From: a virus
Lineage: Duplodnaviria > Caudoviricetes
Virus record (IMG/VR): IMGVR_UViG_3300027749_000034
Length of the DNA: 64,000 bases
Direction: 5' to 3' (one strand)
In this document: piece by piece, positions 47,296 through 56,143 of the stretch
How the letters are laid out: each line of letters starts with the position of its first letter
How positions within the stretch are numbered: the first letter of the stretch is position 1
Made by a program: the position numbers and the translations under genes
Notes under the pieces: generated by a model
Told to the model about the DNA's origin: nothing
Database searches by the model: none
What the model saw: the letters and a program-made list of their open reading frames with translations, nothing else

Positions 47296-47615
47296 TTGAT
47301 AATATTGTAAGTTCAGATCCAGATATCATTGCGGTGTCATATTACAACAACGGTGCCTACACCAGTGGAGCACTTTATTGGGATGCAAACGCTAGACAAC
47401 ACAAGATTGTTGATGTTAATGGCAATGCTCAGTCTGTGCCACAAAGCTCGGCCAGCATCACAGTTGGATCTAAATTACAAGAAATGGTTGCTTGGTTTGA
47501 ACTCAAACGAGCAGAGGAGCAACAGGTTGCTGAATTGTGCAAAAACTATCCAAATCTTGCAGAAGCAAAACGAGAGTTTGATGTATTGTATAACATTGTA
47601 AAGGAACAGAAATGA
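47292..47615 (+). CDS. Hypothetical protein
   Basis: ATGA overlap. Confidence 0.65.
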   Translation: MIDNIVSSDPDIIAVSYYNNGAYTSGALYWDANARQHKIVDVNGNAQSVPQSSASITVGSKLQEMVAWFELKRAEEQQVAELCKNYPNLAEAKREFDVLYNIVKEQK

Positions 47616-47926
47616 TTGAATTTGACAAAGAAAGTTTACAGCAACGCAGAGATATGCTGACTGAGGCCTTGGGTAAAGGTATCTCAGAAATTACCTTTAC
47701 CAAGGTTGACGGTACCTTACGCACAATGCCTTGTACCTTGGATGCAACAATTTTGCCGCCGGCACCTGTGCATGAAACCAATACAGATAATCCTGTGGAC
47801 TTTCCCAAAGTTAAAAAATTCAATCCTACGGTTATGAGTGTATTTTGCACAGACAAGCAGGAGTGGAGAAGCTTCCGTGTTGAGAATGTTATCAGTGTAG
47901 TACCATTGCCATTGGTTGGAGAGTAA
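47612..47926 (+). CDS. SH3/WYL-like beta-barrel phage protein
   Basis: FTKVDGTLRTMPCTL...EWRSFR motif. Confidence 0.65.
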   Translation: MIEFDKESLQQRRDMLTEALGKGISEITFTKVDGTLRTMPCTLDATILPPAPVHETNTDNPVDFPKVKKFNPTVMSVFCTDKQEWRSFRVENVISVVPLPLVGE

Positions 47927-47927
47927 T

Positions 47928-48221
47928 ATGGAAGATGTCTACTTGATAGTTGGTGTTGCCCTGCTATTAGTAGTGTGGCTATGGAGTAGGAAAGTGTCAA
48001 AGGAAATAAATGAAGTACATAAAGATGTACAGCAGTTGTTGTCTAAAATTGTTTTTATGAAAATTGAAACACATAACAATAAAGTCTTTGCTTACAATGC
48101 AGTCAATGAAGAATTCATTTGCCAAGGCAAGGACATGGATGAATTAAATCAGCAATTTGGACTTCGTTTCCCAAATTGCAAAGGTATCATAGTTAAACCA
48201 GACGAGGAGAATGTAGCATGA
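47928..48221 (+). CDS. Hypothetical protein with N-terminal TM segment
   Basis: GGAG SD; ATG 47928. Confidence 0.6.
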   Translation: MEDVYLIVGVALLLVVWLWSRKVSKEINEVHKDVQQLLSKIVFMKIETHNNKVFAYNAVNEEFICQGKDMDELNQQFGLRFPNCKGIIVKPDEENVA

Positions 48222-48418
48222 CCAGTTATACTGTATATAAAGTAGTAGCGCATAACGATAAACAATTGCTGTTGATCACACAGGCCGACGGCAGTTTTGG
48301 CCTTGCAATCTACAACGAGCACACTGGAAATACATTGATGCGTATGACTGATCCAACACTGGAAAATCTTGAGCGGGCAATTGATATTTTAAAAGATCAA
48401 CGCACAGGAGATTTTTAA
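48218..48418 (+). CDS. Hypothetical protein
   Basis: GAGGAG SD. Confidence 0.6.
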   Translation: MTSYTVYKVVAHNDKQLLLITQADGSFGLAIYNEHTGNTLMRMTDPTLENLERAIDILKDQRTGDF

Positions 48419-48748
48419 ATGGCCAAGCAATGGGTAGTCTTATTTGATACATTGGGGGTTGACACACTATTACCTTGGGATGACCTCAGGGGAGAAGATA
48501 TGTTGACTGTGCTGTCGGGTAAAAAGCCAAAGGACCGTGTCGGTCAGCGTGTCAGTCTTATGGTGATACGAGCACAGGCCAACCACCAACGCTTTCCAGA
48601 AGTATGGGCATATGATACTGCTGAGGATTATGAATACGAAGAAATGAGAAAGATGTGGGAGGATTCACCGCAAGTGGTTGCTGACTCAGTCAGAGAGCGA
48701 GGAACCAGTCTTTTTAAATACGCGAAGGAAAAGGCGATAATTGTCTAG
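48419..48748 (+). CDS. Hypothetical protein
   Basis: AGGAG SD. Confidence 0.65.
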   Translation: MAKQWVVLFDTLGVDTLLPWDDLRGEDMLTVLSGKKPKDRVGQRVSLMVIRAQANHQRFPEVWAYDTAEDYEYEEMRKMWEDSPQVVADSVRERGTSLFKYAKEKAIIV

Positions 48749-49304
48749 TTCGTTCTTTAATAATGTCAACTACACGATTGCTAATAACAACTTCGTAATG
48801 GTTTAGGTCAATTTCAATCAGTTCCATATCTGTTTTTGAACGCATACTTTCAATTGTAACCACACCATCGTTTGGTTCGTGAATCCAAGGACTGTCACCC
48901 ACTGTGGTAACAATGTTGGTCCAGTTCCGCGGTGCTGGTATTTTAGCCGCATCAGTCATGGGCTTGCTCATTGTACCAACATCACGCATTAGTCTGCTGA
49001 ATGGCAAGAAGTATTTGGCATAGTCGGCCTGTATGCAACCACCATATGGAGTGCTAAGAGTTACTCCACCCTGCACTCGATTTCGATAATGGTTGGCCAG
49101 ATGTAAGGCATAGATGCCACCCAGGCTATGAGCCACAAAAAATAACCGGTCCACAGTCTCAAGTTCTTCCATCATCATTTCCAGGTTGTTAGAAAATCCG
49201 TTGGCACTTGAATATTCCAAAACTCGGTCAGGACCTCCAACATGCTCTCTAATGTGAGTGAAACTTTCACCGGTGGCACTGGCACCGTGAATATAAATTA
49301 TCAT
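48714..49304 (-). CDS. Alpha/beta hydrolase (esterase/lipase-like)
   Basis: YIHG, AHSLGG nucleophile motif, NDGVV, late His (NHY). Confidence 0.82.
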   Translation of the reverse strand: MIIYIHGASATGESFTHIREHVGGPDRVLEYSSANGFSNNLEMMMEELETVDRLFFVAHSLGGIYALHLANHYRNRVQGGVTLSTPYGGCIQADYAKYFLPFSRLMRDVGTMSKPMTDAAKIPAPRNWTNIVTTVGDSPWIHEPNDGVVTIESMRSKTDMELIEIDLNHYEVVISNRVVDIIKERTRQLSPFPSRI

Positions 49305-49314
49305 AATTTTCCTA

Positions 49315-49343
49315 TTGACACTTGTTAATCATTATGTTATACT
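49315..49343 (+). promoter_or_regulatory. Sigma70-type promoter
   Basis: TTGACA-17 bp-TATACT. Confidence 0.75.
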
Positions 49344-49349
49344 TATATC

Positions 49350-49835
49350 ATGAAACCAAAGTATATTAAGGCCCACATGCAGGTTGCAGAGACCTATGCC
49401 AAGTTAAGCACAGCTCGTAGACTGCAAGTTGGTGCCCTTATTGTGAAAGAGGACCGTATCATCAGCATTGGCTATAATGGTATGCCTGGTGGTTGGGACA
49501 ACAACTGCGAAGATATTGAAACTACATTTGATGAAAGAGATACATATCATTCACCAGATTGGAAATTTGATGAAGTAAAGAAACAGTACTCTCGATTGAA
49601 AACCAAACCTGAAGTACTTCACGCAGAGGCCAATGCCATTGCCAAGGTGGCCCGCAGTCCAGAAAGTTCAGAAGGTGCTGTAATTTTTATTACTCATGCA
49701 CCCTGTATTGAGTGTGCCAAATTGGTATTCCAAAGCGGTATTAAACAAGTGTTTTATCGTGATAACTATAGAAATACAGCAGGAACTGATTTCCTAAAAC
49801 AAGCTGGTGTAATTGTTAACCAAATAGAAGAATGA
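49350..49835 (+). CDS. dCMP deaminase
   Basis: IISIGYNG...HAEANAI...THAPCIECAK zinc deaminase motifs. Confidence 0.92.
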   Translation: MKPKYIKAHMQVAETYAKLSTARRLQVGALIVKEDRIISIGYNGMPGGWDNNCEDIETTFDERDTYHSPDWKFDEVKKQYSRLKTKPEVLHAEANAIAKVARSPESSEGAVIFITHAPCIECAKLVFQSGIKQVFYRDNYRNTAGTDFLKQAGVIVNQIEE

Positions 49836-49978
49836 ACAAAGATATTGTGTACTCTGAAGAATACGATGCTTATTACAATGCCAAAACCAATGAATGGGTG
49901 GAAGACAAGTGTGACGATCCTGCTTGCGAGTACTGTATCGACAGACCCAGCAAACCATTAACCGGAGTTGAAGAATGA
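49832..49978 (+). CDS. Small hypothetical protein (48 aa; C..C..C; ends GVEE)
   Basis: ATGA overlaps at both ends; read manually. Confidence 0.55.
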   Translation: MNKDIVYSEEYDAYYNAKTNEWVEDKCDDPACEYCIDRPSKPLTGVEE

Positions 49979-50808
49979 GAAGTCATTATTGGACATGTAG
50001 CAAATTTGCCGATTGGATTCGAGGAACTGCCAAGCTTGGTGCAGGTACCAGCGAAGAATGGGATGAGTGGACCACTCAAGCTCAAATGAAACACAACTTC
50101 CGCTACTGGTTGGCTGAAGAAGGACTAGACATCCTGCAAACAATTGTCTACTACCCCACCGATAGAATCCATGATCTTAAGTACTATATTAATAATCGCT
50201 ATGTTACTCGTAGCCATGCTCTTACTGCTCATGCCAGGGACATTAAGCCTGGACAGTGGCAGGATGTTGGTAATCGCTTTTTACCTTGCCTCTTCAATGA
50301 GCTTGTTGATTTCGTTGAGATTGAAACCGCTTGGTCCCATGTCGCTTGGGGATCTGCAGAAGACCGTGCAAAGTACAACCCACCCTTCTGGGCCTCAGGA
50401 TGGTGGCGTTGGAGAACCTGGCGCAGTCCGGCCGCCGGGCTCGACCATCTTGATTGGGCAATGACTCTGACCAACGAAGAGTTCTTGGAAGAAGATAAAA
50501 AAGGTGAAGCAGTACCAACCCGTCAAGCCCTGGCCGCAAAAGAAATCAAAGAGCTGTACACATGGTGGACTGTGACCTATCCTGCTCGTCCTGATGCATA
50601 TGATGCCAGCGGTTGGACCGAATACTGTGAAGCCAGCCGTATTGCCAATGGTGGTAAACTAAGTTTCAGTGCTGACAAGACACCCGAAATGAAAAAGCAG
50701 AGTGACAAGGCTCACAAGCTGTTGCAGAAAATAGAAGCCGCTTACGAAAAAGAAGATGAAGCGATGATGATCCGTCTTATTAAGATTCGTCAATCACTTT
50801 GGACATAA
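49975..50808 (+). CDS. Hypothetical Trp-rich phage protein
   Basis: GGAG SD; ORF track. Confidence 0.75.
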   Translation: MRSHYWTCSKFADWIRGTAKLGAGTSEEWDEWTTQAQMKHNFRYWLAEEGLDILQTIVYYPTDRIHDLKYYINNRYVTRSHALTAHARDIKPGQWQDVGNRFLPCLFNELVDFVEIETAWSHVAWGSAEDRAKYNPPFWASGWWRWRTWRSPAAGLDHLDWAMTLTNEEFLEEDKKGEAVPTRQALAAKEIKELYTWWTVTYPARPDAYDASGWTEYCEASRIANGGKLSFSADKTPEMKKQSDKAHKLLQKIEAAYEKEDEAMMIRLIKIRQSLWT

Positions 50809-50862
50809 CAGTGGTTGCATTTACTTCTAAGAGATGTTAAAATTTGAATATGGAACAAAATT

Positions 50863-51084
50863 ATGACAATGCCTGATGAGAGATACCGTGCCCTGGTCGA
50901 AGGCATGCGTCTTATCGAAGACCTTTTAATACCGCAGGTGACACCGAGGGTACCTGGACCTATTAGGGAACGGGCTCGTTGGATCATGCGCCATTATCCA
51001 GATGCATCTGACTTTGAGCGACTAGCACAAAAAGCACCAGATCAACTTTCAACTAAAGATTTTAACGGAAACAAAATAAAATGA
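50863..51084 (+). CDS. Hypothetical protein (MTMPDERYRA...RHYP family)
   Basis: ORF track. Confidence 0.65.
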   Translation: MTMPDERYRALVEGMRLIEDLLIPQVTPRVPGPIRERARWIMRHYPDASDFERLAQKAPDQLSTKDFNGNKIK

Positions 51085-51320
51085 GTAATACTTTACACCC
51101 TGACCTTGAAGTCAAAGAATTTGTTGCAAAAGAAGACACCGGTTATCGCTTGCGTATTCGAAGCTGGAAGCCGTTGTCTCCCAAGGATATCAATTCGATT
51201 GAGTTTATCAATGAATCATTGCGGGCAGATGGTACAGTGGCAGACACCAGCACTTACAACTTCTTTTTATCTGACAAAGATATCAAATCTCTTTCAGCAC
51301 AACTATTAAGCCTAGTGTAA
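51081..51320 (+). CDS. Hypothetical protein
   Basis: ATGA overlap. Confidence 0.6.
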   Translation: MSNTLHPDLEVKEFVAKEDTGYRLRIRSWKPLSPKDINSIEFINESLRADGTVADTSTYNFFLSDKDIKSLSAQLLSLV

Positions 51321-51502
51321 TGACAACCTGGACATTAACAGTTCAAGAAGATCCTGCCACAGGCGAATGCATTCTGCAGTTCCCTGAGGATCTGTTGGCA
51401 CAGGCTGGTTGGAAAGAAGGTGACACACTTGAGTGGCACGACAACAAAGACGGTTCTTGGGTTTTAAAGAAAAAGGAAGTTACCGATGGCAACAGCATTT
51501 AA
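51320..51502 (+). CDS. AbrB/MazE-like DNA-binding protein
   Basis: ILQFPEDLL..AGWKEGDTLEW swapped-hairpin pattern. Confidence 0.7.
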   Translation: MTTWTLTVQEDPATGECILQFPEDLLAQAGWKEGDTLEWHDNKDGSWVLKKKEVTDGNSI

Positions 51503-52070
51503 CTACAATACCCCAGGTAACCACATCATGGTTGACCTTGAGACACTTGGCACCAAGCCAAACAGCCTAATGCTTACCATTGGCGCAATACGATTTAATC
51601 CTTGGGCCGACGACATTGACAACCCAATGGAAAAAATGGACACATTCTATCGTCGTGTCAGCTTAGAAAGCTTTGAAGGTCTTGACCACATTGTGGATGA
51701 CGCTACCTTAGCATGGTGGGGTCAACAAAACGAAGAAGTTCGTGCTGAAGCATTTGCAGAAGATGACAGGCATGATATTCGTGATGTGCTACGAGACTTC
51801 CACAAATGGTGTGGTGGTGTTGACGCCATCTGGGCCAACGGAACAGGCTTTGACTTGAACATACTTGAACACTTTAGTCGTGAACTCAAGCGAGGAGTGG
51901 CCTGGAGTTACTGGCAGGCTCGTGACGCTCGTACACTATACGCATTGGTACCCGGACTTGAGAGACCACAGGGTGCGGCACACCATGCGCTATGGGATTG
52001 TTGGAGTCAACTCATTGGAGTACAACGATCCTTTTCCAAACTAGGTATTAAAGAGTTGAAGACACGATAA
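51486..52070 (+). CDS. DEDD 3'-5' exonuclease (exonuclease VIII N-terminal/DUF5051-like)
   Basis: MVDLETLG...WANG..FD...HHALWDC. Confidence 0.82.
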   Translation: MATAFNYNTPGNHIMVDLETLGTKPNSLMLTIGAIRFNPWADDIDNPMEKMDTFYRRVSLESFEGLDHIVDDATLAWWGQQNEEVRAEAFAEDDRHDIRDVLRDFHKWCGGVDAIWANGTGFDLNILEHFSRELKRGVAWSYWQARDARTLYALVPGLERPQGAAHHALWDCWSQLIGVQRSFSKLGIKELKTR

Positions 52071-52159
52071 CGCTTTGATAAGTATAGTTAGAGGACTTTT
52101 CGGCATTCATCCCTCTTTAAATATTCTGCATGTCATTGCTAAATCTAAAGGAGATAACA

Positions 52160-52669
52160 ATGGCAAATTTATTACAACCCGTACTGTACAAGTACACCAG
52201 CACCAAAGAGTATCATGACGCATTTCCATGTGCGTACAGACAGTGGAGGAGTGACAGCCATTGTAATTTGATTCATGGCTACTCATTCTCAATGAAGTTC
52301 TATTTTGGAACTAACGAACTGGATGTGCGTAACTGGGCCGCAGACTATGGTGGTCTCAAAGAACTTAAAAAGACATTAGAAGACCAATTCGACCATACAC
52401 TTATTGTGGCACAAGATGATCCAGAAATGGCCACATTCAAACTGCTACAAGAAAAGAACATGGCCAAGATTGTAGTGCTACCCAAGTTAGGATGCGAAGG
52501 GCTCAGTGACATGCTGTACAAGTATGTGAATGCTGTGTACATTCCAGAGATGTGGGGCCCCGGTGAAGCGGCCAGACTTTGGTGCTATCGTGTAGAGGTT
52601 AGAGAAACACAGGCTAACATGGCGTTCCGTGAAGGACACCGTGAATGGAATGAGGACTTGTTTGCATAA
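52160..52669 (+). CDS. queD: 6-carboxytetrahydropterin synthase (QueD/PTPS family)
   Basis: CAYRQW..DSHCNLIHGY...DFGG-like DYGGLK...FDHT...VEVRET. Confidence 0.8.
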   Translation: MANLLQPVLYKYTSTKEYHDAFPCAYRQWRSDSHCNLIHGYSFSMKFYFGTNELDVRNWAADYGGLKELKKTLEDQFDHTLIVAQDDPEMATFKLLQEKNMAKIVVLPKLGCEGLSDMLYKYVNAVYIPEMWGPGEAARLWCYRVEVRETQANMAFREGHREWNEDLFA

Positions 52670-52712
52670 TGTTAAAAGACAGAAGAGTACTGGCATCACG
52701 ATCACATTTGTA

Positions 52713-53003
52713 ATGCGTCTACTAACACATGCTGATCTTCATCAAGTTTACAGTCATAGTCAGGACAAAAAACCTGAACAGTTTTGGGCAATCCCAGTGC
52801 TAAGAGAAGACGGACAGTTGGAAGCAGTACAAGGCATTCCACATGATGTATTGAATAAAATGGTAGAGTTATCAAATTATTGGTGTGGTTGGGGATTTGG
52901 AATGATTGGTCGAGAACGGGCCTTTTTACTATTTGAGGACAAGGAAGATGCTCTATTTGCAAAAATACATGTTGGAGAAAATGTCAGCAATGAGTACAAT
53001 TAA
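52713..53003 (+). CDS. Hypothetical protein
   Basis: Likely start ATG 52713 (MRLLTH). Confidence 0.5.
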   Translation: MRLLTHADLHQVYSHSQDKKPEQFWAIPVLREDGQLEAVQGIPHDVLNKMVELSNYWCGWGFGMIGRERAFLLFEDKEDALFAKIHVGENVSNEYN

Positions 53004-53199
53004 ATCATTTTTAGGCAAGCAAGTGGATGAAAACGCATCGTTGATCAGCGAGCCATTGATTGTGTCTGCACGGCATCACAGGGAAGAGCTAGATCAGCTA
53101 ACTAAAAGACAAGTGGTAGCTTATGCTCAAAAGCATAATATTTCCATCAATTCTAGGAAGAAGAAGGAAGAGCTAATCGAACTCATTGTGAGGTCATAA
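52981..53199 (+). CDS. Rho-N/SAP-like small nucleic-acid-binding protein
   Basis: [18 protein letters not shown]....[10 protein letters not shown]. Confidence 0.55.
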   Translation: MSAMSTIKSFLGKQVDENASLISEPLIVSARHHREELDQLTKRQVVAYAQKHNISINSRKKKEELIELIVRS

Positions 53200-53200
53200 T

Positions 53201-53539
53201 ATGGAACAAGTTAATATTACAGATGATGCTTATGCAAAGATCAAGGACATCATGCTAGAAACAGCAGATGTCAGTGAAAATGTGGCATTGCGAGTATTTG
53301 TACAAGGTGGTGGTTGCAGTGGAATGCAGTATGGATTTACATTCGACGAAGAACAGAATGAGGACGATTTCCAATTTGAAAAGAACGGAGTCAAGGTACT
53401 AATTGACTCAATGAGTATTTCTTATCTGTCTGGTGCCACCATCAACTACAAAGAAGATCTTGCTGGTTCAAGTTTTGTAATTGATAATCCAGCGGCCCAG
53501 TCCACTTGTGGTTGTGGTAGCAGTTTCAATCCAGGTTAA
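53201..53539 (+). CDS. erpA: A-type Fe-S carrier ErpA/IscA
   Basis: [17 protein letters not shown]...[14 protein letters not shown]. Confidence 0.9.
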   Translation: MEQVNITDDAYAKIKDIMLETADVSENVALRVFVQGGGCSGMQYGFTFDEEQNEDDFQFEKNGVKVLIDSMSISYLSGATINYKEDLAGSSFVIDNPAAQSTCGCGSSFNPG

Positions 53540-53543
53540 TAGC

Positions 53544-53774
53544 ATGTATTCCAAATACTATTCTATGAAATTTGAAGAGCTTATGGTTCAACAAACTTTG
53601 ATTAGTAAAAAATACAACTCTGCCTACCAGGGCGGAGCAAGTCAAGAAGTCCTATCGCAACTACTGGGTCACATGGAAGCAATCAAACAGGCAATCTGGG
53701 AAATGGGTTACAAACAAAGCTACGCGGCCAGTGAAAACAAAGACAATGATCAATTCAAAGACAGCATTGCTTGA
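53544..53774 (+). CDS. Hypothetical protein
   Basis: ATG 53544; coiled-coil-like. Confidence 0.55.
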   Translation: MYSKYYSMKFEELMVQQTLISKKYNSAYQGGASQEVLSQLLGHMEAIKQAIWEMGYKQSYAASENKDNDQFKDSIA

Positions 53775-53775
53775 C

Positions 53776-54252
53776 ATGCCCACTACAACCATCAACGAAC
53801 AAGATTTGGTAGAATTACTGTACCAAGACAAGGCTGGACAGTTGACTGTAAATTCCAGCATACTCGATCGCTACATAAACGGATGTAACGATCTTGGACA
53901 AGCACCATCATTTTATTCTCAACCATTGCCAATGACAGTAGAAGAAGCATTAAAAAATTGGAACCTTCCTGGTAATATCACCAATTTGGATTTAGATATA
54001 TACTTTGCTGAAAAGATTAGTACAATTGAAGAAGCGCATAGGGTAATGGAAGAATTAGAATTATTTAGAAGTCGTGGTTTAGAACCTATGCTTCGTTTTA
54101 TGATTTATCTGGTTCAAGTAATGAAAGAGAATAACATTATTTGGGGAGTAGGCAGAGGCAGTTCCGTCAGTTCGTTCTTGTTGTACTTGGTCGAACTGCA
54201 CCAGATCAATCCAATTAAGTACAATTTAGATATTAAGGAGTTTATTAGATGA
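53776..54252 (+). CDS. DNA polymerase III alpha (DnaE)-like fragment
   Basis: EELELF...MLRFMIYLV...GVGRGSSVSSFLLYL...INPIKYNL matches the DnaE GRGS region. Confidence 0.75.
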   Translation: MPTTTINEQDLVELLYQDKAGQLTVNSSILDRYINGCNDLGQAPSFYSQPLPMTVEEALKNWNLPGNITNLDLDIYFAEKISTIEEAHRVMEELELFRSRGLEPMLRFMIYLVQVMKENNIIWGVGRGSSVSSFLLYLVELHQINPIKYNLDIKEFIR

Positions 54253-54647
54253 GTCAACACACGCCAAGATACAAGACCCACAAGGGTCGAGAGTTTAACA
54301 TGAGTGCTTTTGCAGACAAGCACGGTGATACTCCAGCAGTTGGCAACGGTAATTTAAATGGGCGTGGCGATGTTGTCGACTCCAGAGGCAATATAAAAAT
54401 ACCAAGCCAGAGTATTTCAAGAGCAGTATCAAACCTACAAAATAACCAAGAAAAGCAGGTCAGCCTAAAAGCTGACGATACCATCAATCCGGTTAGGAAT
54501 TCACCAGTGACAGCCGACTATACACCAACAGTAGTTGGCACTAGAAATATTACATCAATTGACGGATTTGAATCAGTTGAAACTGAATACAGTGACGGAA
54601 GTATACAGGTAACTCCAAAAGCACAACCAACTCCAACAAGCCTATAA
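54249..54647 (+). CDS. Hypothetical protein
   Basis: AAGGAG SD; ATGA overlap. Confidence 0.65.
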   Translation: MSQHTPRYKTHKGREFNMSAFADKHGDTPAVGNGNLNGRGDVVDSRGNIKIPSQSISRAVSNLQNNQEKQVSLKADDTINPVRNSPVTADYTPTVVGTRNITSIDGFESVETEYSDGSIQVTPKAQPTPTSL

Positions 54648-55021
54648 TGAAAACTATTAGACCATTGAAAGAACGCATCTTGGCCGAGTTGCTGGGATTG
54701 GAACAACGAGTAACTGCTAGTGGCATTATTATTCAAGGTGAAAATGGCAAGGACCGAGGCATCCGTCCTCGCTGGGCTAGAGTTCGTTTAGTGGGTGAAG
54801 GTATTGATTGGGTCTCACCCGGACAGTATGTATTGGTGTCACATGGCAGATGGAGCCGACAGTTCGAATGTGAGCACAACGGTGAAACAATGAAATTGGT
54901 CCACTTGGACAACAAAGAAGTTTTGCTAGTGTCCGATGAAGATCCACAAGATGAATTTGTTGGAGTTGGAATCGATACTGCTCCAACCATGCACCGCGCA
55001 GAAGATTTCGGCGCAAATTAA
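54647..55021 (+). CDS. groES: Co-chaperonin GroES-like protein
   Basis: IRPLKERIL...TASGIII...ARVRLVGEG...VSPGQYVL. Confidence 0.75.
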   Translation: MKTIRPLKERILAELLGLEQRVTASGIIIQGENGKDRGIRPRWARVRLVGEGIDWVSPGQYVLVSHGRWSRQFECEHNGETMKLVHLDNKEVLLVSDEDPQDEFVGVGIDTAPTMHRAEDFGAN

Positions 55022-55059
55022 AGTTGACATCAGTTTAGTATCTGTGTTATACTGTTAAC

Positions 55060-55242
55060 ATGGATACTAAAACTACTCGTTGTACAACATGCGGTGACAT
55101 ATATTCGCCGCAATGCAATTGGCGGCAAGGACGCTGTCCCCATCACCCTAGTCTAGCAGATCAAATTATAAACGATCCTTACAAGGCCAGGTTTCTTAAT
55201 CTTTTCAATTCATTTAAAAATGTCTTCAGAAGTAAGCCTTAA
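55060..55242 (+). CDS. Small Cys-rich hypothetical protein
   Basis: CTTC..C..C; upstream TTGACA-18 bp-TATACT. Confidence 0.55.
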   Translation: MDTKTTRCTTCGDIYSPQCNWRQGRCPHHPSLADQIINDPYKARFLNLFNSFKNVFRSKP

Positions 55243-55453
55243 TGACATAATCTGGGATATCCAGAAACTCGGATGCAGGTGTACAGATCCACATATGGAT
55301 GGTTATTACCAATGGGGACAAAAACAAAAACTATACGAGATACTTTGGGAAGCACAGCGACAGTTAAACAAGTGTTCGGAGTTCTATGGTGAGGATGTCT
55401 GGTTGCAAGAACACAAAGAAACTGTTATACTAAACAAGTTACAGGGATACTAA
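55220..55453 (+). CDS. Hypothetical protein
   Basis: ORF track. Confidence 0.55.
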   Translation: MSSEVSLNDIIWDIQKLGCRCTDPHMDGYYQWGQKQKLYEILWEAQRQLNKCSEFYGEDVWLQEHKETVILNKLQGY

Positions 55454-55457
55454 TTCA

Positions 55458-55682
55458 ATGTTTGATTTTTTTAAAAAGCCAGAATATATCATGCCAGAGA
55501 TCAAGCCAGTTGAACCGCCCAAGTCTGACGAAGGCCCGGTATACCAAGTTGGTAAAACACTTGATGGTTCTGTCACCCTGCGTGTTGGATATACCACATT
55601 GACCATGTCAGATTCTGGCGTAGACTCGCTTATCCGCATGCTAGAGGCCGCAAAAGAAAACAACAATAAGGAGACATTATGA
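55458..55682 (+). CDS. Hypothetical protein
   Basis: ORF track. Confidence 0.6.
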   Translation: MFDFFKKPEYIMPEIKPVEPPKSDEGPVYQVGKTLDGSVTLRVGYTTLTMSDSGVDSLIRMLEAAKENNNKETL

Positions 55683-55882
55683 GCATGAGAGACTCAATTG
55701 TTTTGACTAGAGAACAAATTGAAAAGTTAAACGAATTATTGCAGTTGCATCCAGCGGTTCAAGATTTTAAACTTAGTTGGATGCATGAACAATCTGGAAT
55801 TGGATTGGGCCTGTTAGTAAAATTTCAAACCTTTGATCCAGAGGACACAGTAATTGATATTACAGATGTGAGCAATTGGTAA
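55679..55882 (+). CDS. Hypothetical protein
   Basis: AAGGAG SD. Confidence 0.6.
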   Translation: MSMRDSIVLTREQIEKLNELLQLHPAVQDFKLSWMHEQSGIGLGLLVKFQTFDPEDTVIDITDVSNW

Positions 55883-55903
55883 TCAACAAAGAAAGAGACT
55901 AAT

Positions 55904-56143
55904 ATGACAGTAGAATCAGCAGGCGTATTTTTAGCGTGTACAATTCTAACAGGAATTGGCTTAATTTTAATTGTAATGACCATCTTGGTAGTTAACAATT
56001 TATTTGCAAAGTACTGGAAACCAGTTACTTTCACACAATACTTGTTTCCATCAATGACTGGGTCAAGTCCAACTTTCATCGAGCCGTCGATTGAAGAACC
56101 GTTAAAGACTACAGTGACCAAGGTACCAAAGGAAACCAAATGA
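55904..56143 (+). CDS. Single-TM hypothetical protein
   Basis: Hydrophobic N-terminus. Confidence 0.55.
   Translation: MTVESAGVFLACTILTGIGLILIVMTILVVNNLFAKYWKPVTFTQYLFPSMTGSSPTFIEPSIEEPLKTTVTKVPKETK

Noticed and set aside
52107-52292. Minus-strand 61-aa ORF over the queD start
   Set aside because: It overlaps queD and its SD, with no supporting signals.
53731-54647. Frameshifted full-length dnaE pseudogene
   Set aside because: Flanking frames encode unrelated ORFs with their own SDs, and no further DnaE motifs were seen up- or downstream.
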